Shown in pieces: positions 47,776 through 58,172 of a stretch of 64,000 nt of DNA. Origin of the DNA: a virus (Duplodnaviria; Heunggongvirae; Uroviricota; Caudoviricetes); the IMG/VR virus record IMGVR_UViG_3300037119_002976, positions 1 through 64,000 of that record. The stretch is one strand, 5' to 3'. The notes under the pieces are model-generated. The model had not been told where the DNA came from, made no database searches, and saw only the letters and a program-made list of their open reading frames with translations. The position numbers and the translations under genes are program-made. Each line of letters opens with the position of its first letter. Positions within the stretch are counted from its first letter, which is position 1.

Positions 47776-50700
47776 TGTCCGAATTCGTCGCTGGCGCATT
47801 CGTCGATGTCAAGCCAGACGCCAAGGGCTTTCGTGATGACCTGAAGAAGAAGGTCAACGCCTCGATCAAGAGTGCGGGGACGTTCAAGGTCCCGATCGAG
47901 TTCGACGTCAAGTCCTTCAAGAAGAAGCTCCAGACCGAGGCACGAGGTGCGAAGGTCAGGATCCCGATCGAGGTCGGAGGCAACGTCGCTGATCTTCGGA
48001 AGGCTCTCAACGCCAAGATCAGGTCGGCCACGGAGGGGATCAAGATCAAGGTCCCTGTGGAATTCCAGCAGGCCGGTGCGGGGGCTCGTGGTGGACCCGG
48101 CAGCGGGACTCCGGGCGGGGGTGGCACGGGGCGGGCTGGTACATCCAACACGGCCAAGCAGACCGCGCTGGAGAAGGAGCGGGCCAAGGTCCAAAAGACC
48201 CTGATCGACCTCGACACTCGCGCCTCGGTGACGCAGGACCTGCTCTCCTCCTCCACGGACAAGAACATCACGGTCGAGGAGAAGGCGCAGCGCTTGCGTG
48301 ACGCTCGTGTGGCTGCCAGCGCCTCCGTGCGGCAAGCGACAACTCAGCTCGCTGCGTCCTCCGCCATTCTCACCGCTGAGCAGCGCAAGGGTCTGGAGAC
48401 AGCGAAGGCCGAAGCAGTTGCCGCTCGTGCAACCGTAATTCAGAAGCAGAAGGACCTCGCCACTTCGGTCGCTCAGAGCAAGGCCGTCAGCACGGCCACG
48501 AAGGCCAGGGCAGAAGCCACGGTTGCGTTGCAGGTCGAGGTGAGGAGCCTCACCAGTCTTAACGCTCTGCACGCGATCGAGAATGATCTTCTCGCGACAG
48601 AGGCAGCTCTCAAGAGGGCCACCACCAGGGCCCGCGAGCTCGGCCTCACCGCCGAAGTCGCAGAGAACCAAGCCCTCTTGCGCAAGATCGAGCTGCAGAA
48701 GGCGGCGATCATCACCCAGCGCAACGAGATCAAGGGTGAGGGCAAGCGCCTGACCCAGCAGAAGACTGGACTCCGCGGAGCCGCGGCCACCATCCTTTCC
48801 CTGCTAGGCCTTCGTGGCGCGACGCTGGCCGCCAGCGGCGCGTTCCTCGGTGGTGCGGTCGCAGCTGCGACGTTCACAAAAAGCCTCGCGGCGTTCGCGG
48901 GCTTCGAGCGCGAGCTCAACACCTTCCAGGCGATCACAGGAGCCTCGGCCGAGGAGATGGAGCACGCCTCCGATGTTGCAAAGCAGCTCGGCGAGGACAT
49001 CCATCTGCCGTCTGTCAGCGCTGCTGATGCCGCGTCGGCAATGACCGAACTCGCCCGCGCCGGGCTTGACGTGACCAACTCGCTGAACGGTGCTCGCGGT
49101 GTGCTTGAGTTGGCGGCCGCCGCACAGATCGAGAACGCCGAGGCGGCGACTCTCGTGGCGAGCGGCCTGAACGCTTTCCAGCTCGAGGGAGAGGACGCCG
49201 TCCACGTCGCCGACCTCCTGGCCAATGCGGCCAATGCTGCCCAGGGCTCGATCTCGGAGATGGGCGCCGCGTTGCAGCAGGCGGCCGCGATCGCCCACCA
49301 GGTGGGCATCTCACTCGATGACACGGTGGGGATCCTCACGATCTTCGCTCAGCGCGGCCTGCGCGGATCGGACGCTGGTACGTCGTTCCGTACCGCGATG
49401 GCGCGGCTCATTGCCCCCACGAAGAAGGCGGGTGAAGTCATCGACCTGCTCGGCCTGCAGATCCGTGATGCCGAGGGCAACATCCGGCCCGAGGTCTTCG
49501 CCGACTTCGGTAAGGCCACCAAGGATCTCCCGCCAGCGCTGCGTGACATGGCCGCCGAGATCATCGCGGGCCAAGATTCCATCCGTGCCTTTGCGATCGG
49601 CGCCAGTGCGGGTGAGCGCGGCCTTGAGCGCGTCCGGCTCCAGATGCAGCAGGAGGGCGCTGCGTCTCGTGTCGCTTCTGCTCGCACCAAGGGACTGGCC
49701 GGGGCCTTTAATGCTCTCGGATCGAACGTCGAGACGCTGGGCATCACTCTCGGTGGTTTTGCGGCAGGGCCAGTACAGACCACTACGCAGTCCCTGACCG
49801 ACATGGTCGGTGTATTGAACAAGCTCCTGGCGGGTGACTTCAGTGGGTTTGCAGAGGGCCTGGAATCAGGATTCGACAGGTCGGTCGAGGGAGTCGACGC
49901 CAAGATCAAGGGCATCGACTCACTCGTGAGGGGTATCGGCACGGGCAACTTCGACAAGATCAAGGAGGGCCTGTCAGGGATCTTCCAGGCCGTGCCGAAG
50001 GACCCAACGAAGGTCGAGCTCCTCCTGGAGGCTCTGGAGAAGTTCCAGACCCTGCGCCTGCAGGCATTCGACGTCGGGATCGACATCGGGCCGATCACGC
50101 AGCAGCTGAAGTTCCTCCAGGGTGAGCTGAAGAAGGCGAAGATCGACGCCGGTCTCCTGATCCCGGTCACTCCGCTCGAGAAAGCTCTGTTCCCGCTCAA
50201 GCAGGCCTTGGCCACAGCGAAGGAGATCAGGGCTGAAGCTCTCAGGGCGACCGGTGGGAGGCCCACCGACGCGACCAGGGATCTCGACAGGATCATTTCT
50301 CAGGTCAACGCTCGCATCAAGGTCACGACCCAGGGCTTCAAGGCCAACGTCAAGGAAGCTCTCTCGGGCAAGGATCTCGCGAGGGGCTTCCATCAGACGT
50401 TCCAGCTGATCGCCGAGGAACCCAAGCTCGCCACTCCGGAGACGCTTGAGGGGATCGACAAGCTGATCCGCAAGATCGGGAAGGTCCCGGTTGGGAGCGC
50501 CCCAGCGTCGCTGGGTAAGAAGATCGTCAAGTCCCTGCAGCTCGCGATCAACGCGGCTGTCGACGCAGACGACCCCGAGCTCGCTGCCGCTCTTCAGGAG
50601 AAGGCTAAGAAGATCGCAGCTCTCTTCGGAATCTCGCTCGCGGAGGCCTTCAAGAGCATCAAGGTCCCCTTGACGTCTGACGACGTTGCGGAGGCAGTGC

Positions 50701-51989
50701 TTCCCGAGCAAATTGCTGGGCTCCGTGCCGAGGCGTTCGGGACTGTCACTGAGCAGATCGCTGCGAAGGAAGCAGAGCTGGCGGGATTGACCGAGGGCCT
50801 CAAAGGTGTACGCAAGGGGACGCAGGACGAGGCGGACATCCTCCAAGACATCATCGGCGTCCAGGGCGAGATCAAGTCTCTCAAGGAGGACGCCGGCTCT
50901 GGCGCAGACGCGATCCTTGACGCCATTTCCGGCAAGGAGCAGCGGCTCCTGAACCAGCGCTCGCTCGCGGAACTGACGGAGACGTTCGACGATGACCTCA
51001 AGGCCGAGCGTCAGCTGCGTGCTTTCTACGTCAAGCAGATCGAGATCATCCGCAACACCATCAAGGACAAGGAGAAGCGCAACGACGCTATCGCCGACAT
51101 TAAGCAGAAGCTGTTCGAGCTCGACCTCGACATCGTCGGGACGATCAGCGACAAGGCCGACAAGATCTTCGACGATGCTGCAGAGGCAGCCGCGGAGACC
51201 GTCTCGCTCCAGGACGATCTCAACGTCGCGAATCGCAAAGTCCGCTTCTGGGAGCGTCAGGTGAAGATCGTCGAGGGTCTCGTCAAGAAGCGGAAGGCCA
51301 CCGTGGCCCAACTGCAGGCGGCCCAGGACAAGCTCGATCAGGCCGAGGAGGACGCGAAGCAGGCTCGCCGGGACAGGCGTCAGCAGCAGCGCGAGAACCG
51401 GCAGGAGCGCTTCGACCTCCAGATCCAGATCGCGCAGTCGAACGGGAACATCAAGGCCGAGATCCGCTTCCGCGAGGCTCAGATCAAGAACACCCAGGCG
51501 CTCATTCGCCAGACCCGCAAGGGCTCACTGCAGCGGCTGCGCTTGATCGCCCAGCTTCGCCAGGAGCAGTCGGAGCTGCGCGATCTCAAGAAGGAGAAGG
51601 AGGCAGCCAACGACGCCCAGGCTGCGCTGTTCTTCGAGTTCCTGCAGCGTCAGCAGGGGTTCGCAGCCAACCTGCTCGGCAACCTCATCCCCGGATTCGC
51701 TGCCCGCGGGCTCGTGGGCACAACTTCCGCTCCCGGCTCCACCGCGGCGGGGGCAGGGGACTTCTTCGGAGGCCCGCCCAACGCAGCTGAGATCAATACG
51801 AAGGCCTCCTCGAACGCTGCCATTGCTTCCTCGACGGAGCGCAACGTCCGCCCCGTCCAGGTGGACACCACGAACACCATCCTTCGCCAGATCCTCTCGG
51901 AGCTGCGCGGGCGTCGCACCAACCCCCCGGAGATCGGGCGTAACAAGGCTGAAATGAGCGCCTCCTTCGACACACTCGGTGGTGTGTAG
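47775..51989 (+). CDS. tail tape measure protein (1404 aa)
   Basis: Size; Ala/Leu/Gln/Glu-rich coiled-coil; Gly-rich segment GGPGSGTPGGGGTG; hydrophobic segments in the middle; classic position after the chaperones. Confidence 0.85.
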   Translation: MSEFVAGAFVDVKPDAKGFRDDLKKKVNASIKSAGTFKVPIEFDVKSFKKKLQTEARGAKVRIPIEVGGNVADLRKALNAKIRSATEGIKIKVPVEFQQAGAGARGGPGSGTPGGGGTGRAGTSNTAKQTALEKERAKVQKTLIDLDTRASVTQDLLSSSTDKNITVEEKAQRLRDARVAASASVRQATTQLAASSAILTAEQRKGLETAKAEAVAARATVIQKQKDLATSVAQSKAVSTATKARAEATVALQVEVRSLTSLNALHAIENDLLATEAALKRATTRARELGLTAEVAENQALLRKIELQKAAIITQRNEIKGEGKRLTQQKTGLRGAAATILSLLGLRGATLAASGAFLGGAVAAATFTKSLAAFAGFERELNTFQAITGASAEEMEHASDVAKQLGEDIHLPSVSAADAASAMTELARAGLDVTNSLNGARGVLELAAAAQIENAEAATLVASGLNAFQLEGEDAVHVADLLANAANAAQGSISEMGAALQQAAAIAHQVGISLDDTVGILTIFAQRGLRGSDAGTSFRTAMARLIAPTKKAGEVIDLLGLQIRDAEGNIRPEVFADFGKATKDLPPALRDMAAEIIAGQDSIRAFAIGASAGERGLERVRLQMQQEGAASRVASARTKGLAGAFNALGSNVETLGITLGGFAAGPVQTTTQSLTDMVGVLNKLLAGDFSGFAEGLESGFDRSVEGVDAKIKGIDSLVRGIGTGNFDKIKEGLSGIFQAVPKDPTKVELLLEALEKFQTLRLQAFDVGIDIGPITQQLKFLQGELKKAKIDAGLLIPVTPLEKALFPLKQALATAKEIRAEALRATGGRPTDATRDLDRIISQVNARIKVTTQGFKANVKEALSGKDLARGFHQTFQLIAEEPKLATPETLEGIDKLIRKIGKVPVGSAPASLGKKIVKSLQLAINAAVDADDPELAAALQEKAKKIAALFGISLAEAFKSIKVPLTSDDVAEAVLPEQIAGLRAEAFGTVTEQIAAKEAELAGLTEGLKGVRKGTQDEADILQDIIGVQGEIKSLKEDAGSGADAILDAISGKEQRLLNQRSLAELTETFDDDLKAERQLRAFYVKQIEIIRNTIKDKEKRNDAIADIKQKLFELDLDIVGTISDKADKIFDDAAEAAAETVSLQDDLNVANRKVRFWERQVKIVEGLVKKRKATVAQLQAAQDKLDQAEEDAKQARRDRRQQQRENRQERFDLQIQIAQSNGNIKAEIRFREAQIKNTQALIRQTRKGSLQRLRLIAQLRQEQSELRDLKKEKEAANDAQAALFFEFLQRQQGFAANLLGNLIPGFAARGLVGTTSAPGSTAAGAGDFFGGPPNAAEINTKASSNAAIASSTERNVRPVQVDTTNTILRQILSELRGRRTNPPEIGRNKAEMSASFDTLGGV

Positions 51990-52453
51990 TGGCTGACGTC
52001 GGCGTCGTCTACACGCTCACCACCCCGGGGACGGACATCACGTTCAACCAGTTCACCGACCCCCTCACCGGTCAGGACCAGTACTACATCACCACGATCC
52101 GCGGGCTCGAGTCCCCGGACATGCGCACCCCGGTTGACCCGGTACCGCTGGGGGATGGAGCGCTCATCCACGACTTCTACTACGGGGCCCGCCACATCGC
52201 GATCGAGGGCCTGATCCTGGTGACGTCCACGATGGTGATGAACGACATCGTGGAGATCCGCAACGACATGACGGACGATCTCGTGAGCGCCCTGGGGGCG
52301 ATTCTGAGGGCGGACGGAACGCTTGCCTTCACCCCGCAGGGAGGCTCCCCAACGTCCTACACGGTGCGCTATGAGGTGGGGCTCGAGACGACGCACGGGG
52401 ACAACTACACCTCGCTGCAATTCTCCTTCGGCCTGATCGCAGGTACCCCGTGA
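51989..52453 (+). CDS. minor tail protein, putative distal tail protein (154 aa)
   Basis: GTG 51989 overlaps the TMP stop; beta-rich; position after the TMP. Confidence 0.55.
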   Translation: MADVGVVYTLTTPGTDITFNQFTDPLTGQDQYYITTIRGLESPDMRTPVDPVPLGDGALIHDFYYGARHIAIEGLILVTSTMVMNDIVEIRNDMTDDLVSALGAILRADGTLAFTPQGGSPTSYTVRYEVGLETTHGDNYTSLQFSFGLIAGTP

Positions 52454-53766
52454 GCGACCTTCAGGTTCATCTGGATGGCGTGGACTTCTCGGGTTGCGCG
52501 ATCGAGGGAAGCGCCACCCGCCGCCTCAATCGTCCATCCCAGGCCCAGATCAAGATCCCGATGGACTGCGCGGCCGGTTGCTCGGGGCCTGGCCAGAGGC
52601 TCAAGATCTCCTTCGACGCTGGCGCCTCCCTCTTCTTCCACGGCATGGTGATGGACTGGGAGCTCGACGGCGGCGAGGACATGGGCTACATCACGATGAA
52701 CGCGATGGACCCGATGGAGCTGTGGCTGCACCGTGTAGCGCGTGACGGGCCAGGCTCAGCGGATCCCGGTGACTTCTCGAATCCAGGCATGTTCACCGGT
52801 CTCGACTACACGCCCACCGGGCCGGCGATCATCGAGCAGATGCTCCTGCAGTCGTTGGACGATTCCGATCCTCAATTCGGAGACGGGTCGCTGTTCCTCG
52901 ATCTCGGCTCGTTCGCCACCGGAGGTGTCCCGTTGGAGGCCGGTCCACAGGACTGGCCGATGACGATCGCGGAGGTCGTGAACCTGCTCGTCTCCACCGG
53001 AGAGGTGGACGTGATCATCACTCCCAGTGACCCAGGAGGCGGGATCATGGGCACGGTTGACGTCTACAACGGCGCCTACGGAACGAATCTGTCGCCCTAC
53101 GGGGGAACGGGGACAGTCCACTTCGAGTACGGAACGGGCGCGAAGAACGTGCGCGCCATGCGCTGGAACCAGGACATGTCGAACGTCTGCAACAAGCTCT
53201 GGTACTACGGCGGCCCAAAGATCGCGACCATCGCTGACCCTGATGCGATACAGCACTGGTGCTGGAACATCCAAGGTGACGACTGCTGCTTTACGGGCAC
53301 AGACAACCCCCCGCACTGTGTGTGCGTGAGTCCGAGCTCCACTGAGATGCAGGCAGCGTGGGCAAGCATCGACGCTTGCCGTGGTGATAGCCCTGATCCT
53401 GCCCCCGGCACTTCGCGCGATGTCTACGGCGTACGGATGGAGGTCCAGATCTTCGACGCAGCCTCCGACAACTGCATCGGCAAGGGCGGCTTCGACGTGG
53501 AGCGCGACCTCTACCGCTGGAACTGGCTGGCGGAGTCGTGGGCTCGCTGCAACCCGCGCTCGCTCGTTCACATCACTCCCACTCGAGGAACGGCGATCGG
53601 CGCCTTCGACATCGGCGACATCGTGGGCGTAGAGATCGGCTCGGGGGTCTGCGGAGGCGCGGCAGGAGCACAGCGCGTCTACGAGTACACGGTCTCCTGG
53701 GGCGTCGACGGCCCCTTCGAGCTCAGCGAGCTGCAGACATCCTCCGATGCGGGGATCCCATCATGA
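52450..53766 (+). CDS. minor tail protein (438 aa)
   Basis: GTGA overlap start; beta-rich Gly/Asp-rich protein with Cys cluster CWNIQGDDCCFTGTDNPPHCVCV. Confidence 0.6.
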   Translation: MSDLQVHLDGVDFSGCAIEGSATRRLNRPSQAQIKIPMDCAAGCSGPGQRLKISFDAGASLFFHGMVMDWELDGGEDMGYITMNAMDPMELWLHRVARDGPGSADPGDFSNPGMFTGLDYTPTGPAIIEQMLLQSLDDSDPQFGDGSLFLDLGSFATGGVPLEAGPQDWPMTIAEVVNLLVSTGEVDVIITPSDPGGGIMGTVDVYNGAYGTNLSPYGGTGTVHFEYGTGAKNVRAMRWNQDMSNVCNKLWYYGGPKIATIADPDAIQHWCWNIQGDDCCFTGTDNPPHCVCVSPSSTEMQAAWASIDACRGDSPDPAPGTSRDVYGVRMEVQIFDAASDNCIGKGGFDVERDLYRWNWLAESWARCNPRSLVHITPTRGTAIGAFDIGDIVGVEIGSGVCGGAAGAQRVYEYTVSWGVDGPFELSELQTSSDAGIPS

Positions 53767-54401
53767 GCCGCCCCATCTACGAGCCCTCGCTGCAGCGCAC
53801 GGACGCGCGGCTGGGGTACGGGAGCGCACAGCTCTTCCGTCGGCCGCCGAGGTTGTCGACGATTCCATTCGGACTGGTCCAATTCGAGGGAGAGTTCGAC
53901 TTCGTCAGTGACTCATACCCTGACTGGAACTGGGGGCCAGCCGATCTCACGTCTCTCTATACGAATGATGACGCAACCTTCGTGCTGGACGGCAGCGGCG
54001 CGTTCATCTCCATCTTGGCTGGCTTCTATACAGCGGGCCTTCACATGAGGTACCAGGTCGACGGGCAGTTCCTTGACCTACCGCCGCAGGCTGGCACGAC
54101 GCGCACGAACCCAGGGAATCTCGGGAGCAAGATCAAACTGGAGATCGCCGGGACGGGGGCGGATCTGGATTTCGACTACTACGTGGGTGAGGAGGACTAC
54201 GAAACCAGCGCCGAGTTGGGCGCACTCGGTCTGTTCGATATCCACCTTGGTGGAATCGTCGGCGCTACGTTTGACACAATCGCCTACCCCACGATCTTGT
54301 CCAAGGATGCCCTGATCGGTCCCAACGACACCGGCTCCTTCCCCGAGAATCCTCCGGTCTACTCGGGCTCGATGTGGCTCGCCAGACTGGGGACCTTCTA
54401 G
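53763..54401 (+). CDS. minor tail protein (212 aa)
   Basis: ATGA overlap start; beta-rich; TAG 54399-54401. Confidence 0.55.
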   Translation: MSRPIYEPSLQRTDARLGYGSAQLFRRPPRLSTIPFGLVQFEGEFDFVSDSYPDWNWGPADLTSLYTNDDATFVLDGSGAFISILAGFYTAGLHMRYQVDGQFLDLPPQAGTTRTNPGNLGSKIKLEIAGTGADLDFDYYVGEEDYETSAELGALGLFDIHLGGIVGATFDTIAYPTILSKDALIGPNDTGSFPENPPVYSGSMWLARLGTF

Positions 54402-54403
54402 TC

Positions 54404-54574
54404 GTGACCCAGACGACTGCACAGGTCCTGTTGACGGTGATCCTTCTGGCCGGTGCCGTCATCTTCGTGCTGCTCGGTGAGACCAACCTCGCCATCGGTC
54501 TCGTCGGTGCGCTCGCCGGGCAGGGTGCCAGCGCGGGCGTGCGCTCGGCGGTGAACGGGGCGAACGGGAAATGA
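54404..54574 (+). CDS. small membrane protein (56 aa), holin-like
   Basis: GTG 54404 is 3 nt after the upstream TAG; two hydrophobic segments (VLLTVILLAGAVIFVLL, LAIGLVGALAG). Confidence 0.4.
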   Translation: MTQTTAQVLLTVILLAGAVIFVLLGETNLAIGLVGALAGQGASAGVRSAVNGANGK

Positions 54575-55014
54575 CTCTCGCGTCTCTAGCTTTCGGTCTC
54601 GAGCTTCAAGAATGGGCGCTGCTCGTCACGGGCGTGTTCGTCGCGGCCGAGATCAGTGGCTTCTCACGCTCGGGACGAACTGCTCGGAAGGACAACGCCG
54701 ACCTGCGCGAGCGCAACGCCACGCTGGAGGGCGAGGTGCGCACGCTGGAGGAGAAGGCGTCGTCCCAGCAGCGCCAGATCGACATGCTGACGAAGCAGAT
54801 CGACGAGTTGAAGGAGCGCAACGTGGACGCGCTCTGGGCGGCGTACCGCGAGCACGACCAGCGCGTGACCGAGGGACACGCTGCGCTCGGTGCCACCATG
54901 ACCCGGCTGGCGGAGAACATCACCCTCCACGAGGACCAGGCATCAGGACGCCACCGCGCGATGCTCGTCATCCTGGAGCGAATCGCCGAGAAGGTCGACG
55001 GCGGGGAAGCATGA
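54571..55014 (+). CDS. membrane-anchored coiled-coil protein (147 aa)
   Basis: ATGA overlap start; N-terminal TM helix, then a coiled coil (LEGEVRTLEEKASSQQRQIDMLTKQIDELKER). Confidence 0.45.
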   Translation: MTLASLAFGLELQEWALLVTGVFVAAEISGFSRSGRTARKDNADLRERNATLEGEVRTLEEKASSQQRQIDMLTKQIDELKERNVDALWAAYREHDQRVTEGHAALGATMTRLAENITLHEDQASGRHRAMLVILERIAEKVDGGEA

Positions 55015-56465
55015 TCGACCTCTACCGCACCGGCATGTACCTGCGTAAGCCGGGCGGCAACGTCGAGGTGCCGGTGGAACAGAAGGCCGCCGGCATGGAG
55101 TGGGCGCTGCTCAACATCGGCGGCGACGTCGGCCGCGACCCGACCGTCTGGGATCACCAGCGCAAGCTCTACCGACAGGCGGACGTACCGATCGGCCCGT
55201 GGATGCACGTGCGCTCGATGGACGACCTCACCTTCCTGCTCGGTGTGGCAGTCGACTGGCAGGCAGACATCATCGGCCCGAACGTGGAGGACGTCGTCGA
55301 CGACAAGCTCTCTCTCCAGGAGATCGGCGGCTACCTCCTCGACTTCTGGGTGAACCCCTACGGGAAGCCCGTCCACATGGCGACCTTGCCCTGGCTGCAG
55401 AACGGGCAGGGCTGGCAGTACGTCGCGTTCGCGTATATCGCGCTCGAGCTCTTCCCGCTGGAGACACCGCTGTACCTGGCCGAGTACGAGGCCTGCATTC
55501 AGCACGCCTTCAACGAGGGATGCAAGAAGGTCACGCTGCTCTACTCGACGACTTCCCCGCGGTCGACCTATCCGCCCGACATCGCACACTGTCTCTACAC
55601 CGCCGACAACGTGACCAACTGGCCGGACTGGAAGGACACCGTCCCACAGCTCCCGCCGAAGCCCAAGGAGGACCCACCCGTGCCCCCGAACCCGCCCTCG
55701 CTCACCATCAAGCAGTTCCCGTACACCGGGCCGCTCGTCGTCGGTGACACGAACCGCGATACGTGCAAGGGACTGAAGCGCGGACTGATCCGCGGTGGGT
55801 ACATGGCCCTGGCGCTCGGCTCCGAGACCGACGACTTCGGCCCTGAGCTCGAGGCCGCGCTCAAGAAGCTCCAACGCGACAAGAACATCAAGCCTGCCTC
55901 CGGCAAGTACGGCCGCGATAGCTGGCTGGCCATGCGCTCCCTGCACGTCCCGGCCGAGTCGCCGAACGCTGGCAAGTACGCGATGGACGCGAAGGCGCTC
56001 GCCTATGTGAAGCTCGACACGCTGAAGATGTGTTACCCGCATCCGAAGGACGCGCTCTCGGAGATCTGTCAGGGCCCGCACGAGACGGACGGGCTGTACG
56101 GCAACTGGGCGATCGACTTCTGCGCTCCCGGTGGCACGAAGGTGCTGGCGGTCGAGCGGGCCACCATCCGCAAGCTCTCCGGGCGCTCGCCGTCCCAGGG
56201 CTGGTACGGACCTGGCGTCTTCGGCTACTCGATCCACTACGAGACGCCGGAGGGCTACCGCTACTTCTCGACGCACTACGGATCGCGGTCGAAGCTCACG
56301 GTCGGTCAGGTCGTCGAAGTCGGGCAGGTGCTCGGGACGGTGGGCCACTGGCCAGGAGATCCGTCGCGCTCGCACACGCACCTCGGCGTCACCTCTCCGT
56401 TCGGCGAGGCGGATGCGCGCAAGCACATCACGGCGGTCTCGGAAGCAGTGCATCTCGTCGCCTGA
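55011..56465 (+). CDS. endolysin: N-terminal catalytic domain (type unresolved) + PG_binding_1-like domain + C-terminal M23 peptidase-like domain (484 aa)
   Basis: ATGA overlap start; central LKRGLIRGGYMALALG...FGPELEAALKKLQRDKNIKPASGKYGRDSW matches the peptidoglycan-binding repeat; C-terminal HxH (SHTHLG) and DFCAPGG motifs match an M23/LytM fold. Confidence 0.8.
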   Translation: MIDLYRTGMYLRKPGGNVEVPVEQKAAGMEWALLNIGGDVGRDPTVWDHQRKLYRQADVPIGPWMHVRSMDDLTFLLGVAVDWQADIIGPNVEDVVDDKLSLQEIGGYLLDFWVNPYGKPVHMATLPWLQNGQGWQYVAFAYIALELFPLETPLYLAEYEACIQHAFNEGCKKVTLLYSTTSPRSTYPPDIAHCLYTADNVTNWPDWKDTVPQLPPKPKEDPPVPPNPPSLTIKQFPYTGPLVVGDTNRDTCKGLKRGLIRGGYMALALGSETDDFGPELEAALKKLQRDKNIKPASGKYGRDSWLAMRSLHVPAESPNAGKYAMDAKALAYVKLDTLKMCYPHPKDALSEICQGPHETDGLYGNWAIDFCAPGGTKVLAVERATIRKLSGRSPSQGWYGPGVFGYSIHYETPEGYRYFSTHYGSRSKLTVGQVVEVGQVLGTVGHWPGDPSRSHTHLGVTSPFGEADARKHITAVSEAVHLVA

Positions 56466-56516
56466 TCGTCCGGCTGAAATCTCATAATCCTGGGCGCTAG
56501 CTAGCGAAGGAGGAGC

Positions 56517-56885
56517 ATGAAGGTCGACCAGTACTTCAAGGCGATCGTGGCGCTCGCGGTGGCAATCATCGCGGCGCTCGTGACCGCCCTGGGAACGGGC
56601 GCGACTGACTTCTCGGACATCGACACCCAGACGTGGCTCATCACCGCGGGGACGATCCTCGGATCGGGCGCCCTGGTCTGGTGGGTCAAGAACATTCCGG
56701 GTGTCGCTGGCGGCATCATCAAGGGCGTCGTAGCAGGACTGGGGGCCGCGATCGCGACCCTCGTCACGGCGCTCGATGACGACGTGCTGTCACAGGTCGA
56801 GAGGCTCACAGCTCTGTCAGCGTTCCTGGTGGCGCTCAGCGCCGTCTACCAGGTCCCGGGCCCAGACCCAGAACCCAACGCCTAG
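56517..56885 (+). CDS. holin-like membrane protein (122 aa)
   Basis: RBS GAAGGAGGAG before ATG 56517; 3-4 predicted TM segments; sits immediately downstream of the endolysin. Confidence 0.55.
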   Translation: MKVDQYFKAIVALAVAIIAALVTALGTGATDFSDIDTQTWLITAGTILGSGALVWWVKNIPGVAGGIIKGVVAGLGAAIATLVTALDDDVLSQVERLTALSAFLVALSAVYQVPGPDPEPNA

Positions 56886-56891
56886 AGAAGT

Positions 56892-56930
56892 ACGAAGGGC
56901 GCCGGCAGTGGGAGTACCGGCGCCCTTCGT
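56892..56930. terminator. bidirectional intrinsic-terminator-like hairpin between convergent genes
   Basis: Perfect 14 bp GC-rich inverted repeat ACGAAGGGCGCCGG (56892-56905) / CCGGCGCCCTTCGT (56917-56930) with an 11 nt loop. It lies between the holin stop (56885) and the reverse-strand HNH stop (56964). Confidence 0.55.
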
Positions 56931-56963
56931 GTGCCCAATAACGAAGCCCCGAAAGGATCCGCG

Positions 56964-57320
56964 CTACGAGACTACCCGGAGCCCCCGCTGTCGCATCCAT
57001 TCAGCGGCTGCTGTGAAGCCTCCGAGGCGAGCTGCCAGGTAGGCGATGGTGTCTCCCCGCTCGGTCTCCAGATAGCGCCCCAGGGCTGCACAGGCGTCCT
57101 TCTCAGCCCCTTCGACGAGTCCGTGGCACCCAGTTGTCCCTGATCCGCAGAGGGCTACGAGGTTCGCGCGCACGTCATCTCCTCCCTGCGAACGCTTGAG
57201 CACGTGGTGGACGGAGAAGAGGACGTCGCCGCAGATACAGCATTCCTCGAACTCGAAGTGCATCCGGCGGACGAGCTCGGGATCGCGGATGCGCTTTTCG
57301 CGCTTTGGATCAGGAGTCAT
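56964..57320 (-). CDS. HNH endonuclease (118 aa)
   Basis: HNH core ECCICGDVLFSVHHVLKRSQGGDDVRANLVALCGSGTTGCH. Confidence 0.65.
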   Translation of the reverse strand: MTPDPKREKRIRDPELVRRMHFEFEECCICGDVLFSVHHVLKRSQGGDDVRANLVALCGSGTTGCHGLVEGAEKDACAALGRYLETERGDTIAYLAARLGGFTAAAEWMRQRGLRVVS

Positions 57321-57389
57321 TCGGGCGCGGGACCGGCCGATGGATTGCGTCGACCCCGCATCTCGTGAACAAACCCGCGCCCGAATCTT

Positions 57390-57758
57390 TCAATGGCAGC
57401 CGCCGCCTGCCCAGTGGTGACGCATACCGTGGGTAATCCCCCACGCGCCGGCGAGCGCTTGCCCGAGCGTCGAGTACCAGGAGGCCGACTCGGGAGGTAC
57501 GCGGAAACCGCGAGACCGCACGTCGTCGACAGCGTGGCGGTAGAACCCTGACCACGTGCCCGGCATGAACTGCAGCCAGCCCCCGACGCCGGAGCCCTGA
57601 GAGTTCGGGACCCAGCGTCCGTGGCCACCCTCTGAGGCTGAGCAGGAGAGGAGCCATCCTTCGGTGCCAGGATAGGCACGTTGGACTTCCTTCACCGCCC
57701 GGTGCCAGGCGTGGTTTCCGTCCCTCACCTCGAAGTCATCCAGGGTGAGAGCTTCCAT
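57390..57758 (-). CDS. lytic-transglycosylase (SLT)-like protein; the annotated ATG gives 122 aa, but the frame continues upstream and encodes a signal peptide
   Basis: GGWLQFMPGTW resembles the SLT GLMQ motif. The in-frame region up to 58078 encodes IVFAIVLTLIVPAASSAEQ but has no ATG/GTG/TTG; only ATT (rc of 58076-58078) with GGGAGAAGG upstream. Confidence 0.5.
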   Translation of the reverse strand: MEALTLDDFEVRDGNHAWHRAVKEVQRAYPGTEGWLLSCSASEGGHGRWVPNSQGSGVGGWLQFMPGTWSGFYRHAVDDVRSRGFRVPPESASWYSTLGQALAGAWGITHGMRHHWAGGGCH

Positions 57759-58172
57759 CTTCTTGAGGTGAACGATCGTCTTCTGGCGTTCCGCGTATGA
57801 GCGTTTCGCCCAGACGTTCGCGAGGTACCTGGCGTCGGCACAATTACGAGGCCTGCGCCAGTCGGGGAGTGAGGCCCCCCGCTGGATCGTCCAGTGGACG
57901 AAGCGGCCTCGATAGAACGAGAGGCCGAGGTGGGCGTAGGGACAGCCAGACTGGGGAGCCGCACGAACGTCAGGGCGTGCGGCCTGTCTGGCTGGCCTGT
58001 CTGGCTTCTGCTCGGCGGACGATGCCGCCGGGACGATCAGGGTAAGAACAATGGCGAATACGATTGTTTGTGCAAAGCGAATGACACCTTCTCCCTGTTA
58101 GCTGACGAGGCCTCGCGGTCATGAGGGGACCGCGGCTTGCAGGTGGGGTCTTTCGTTGTTCGGTGAATCCTG

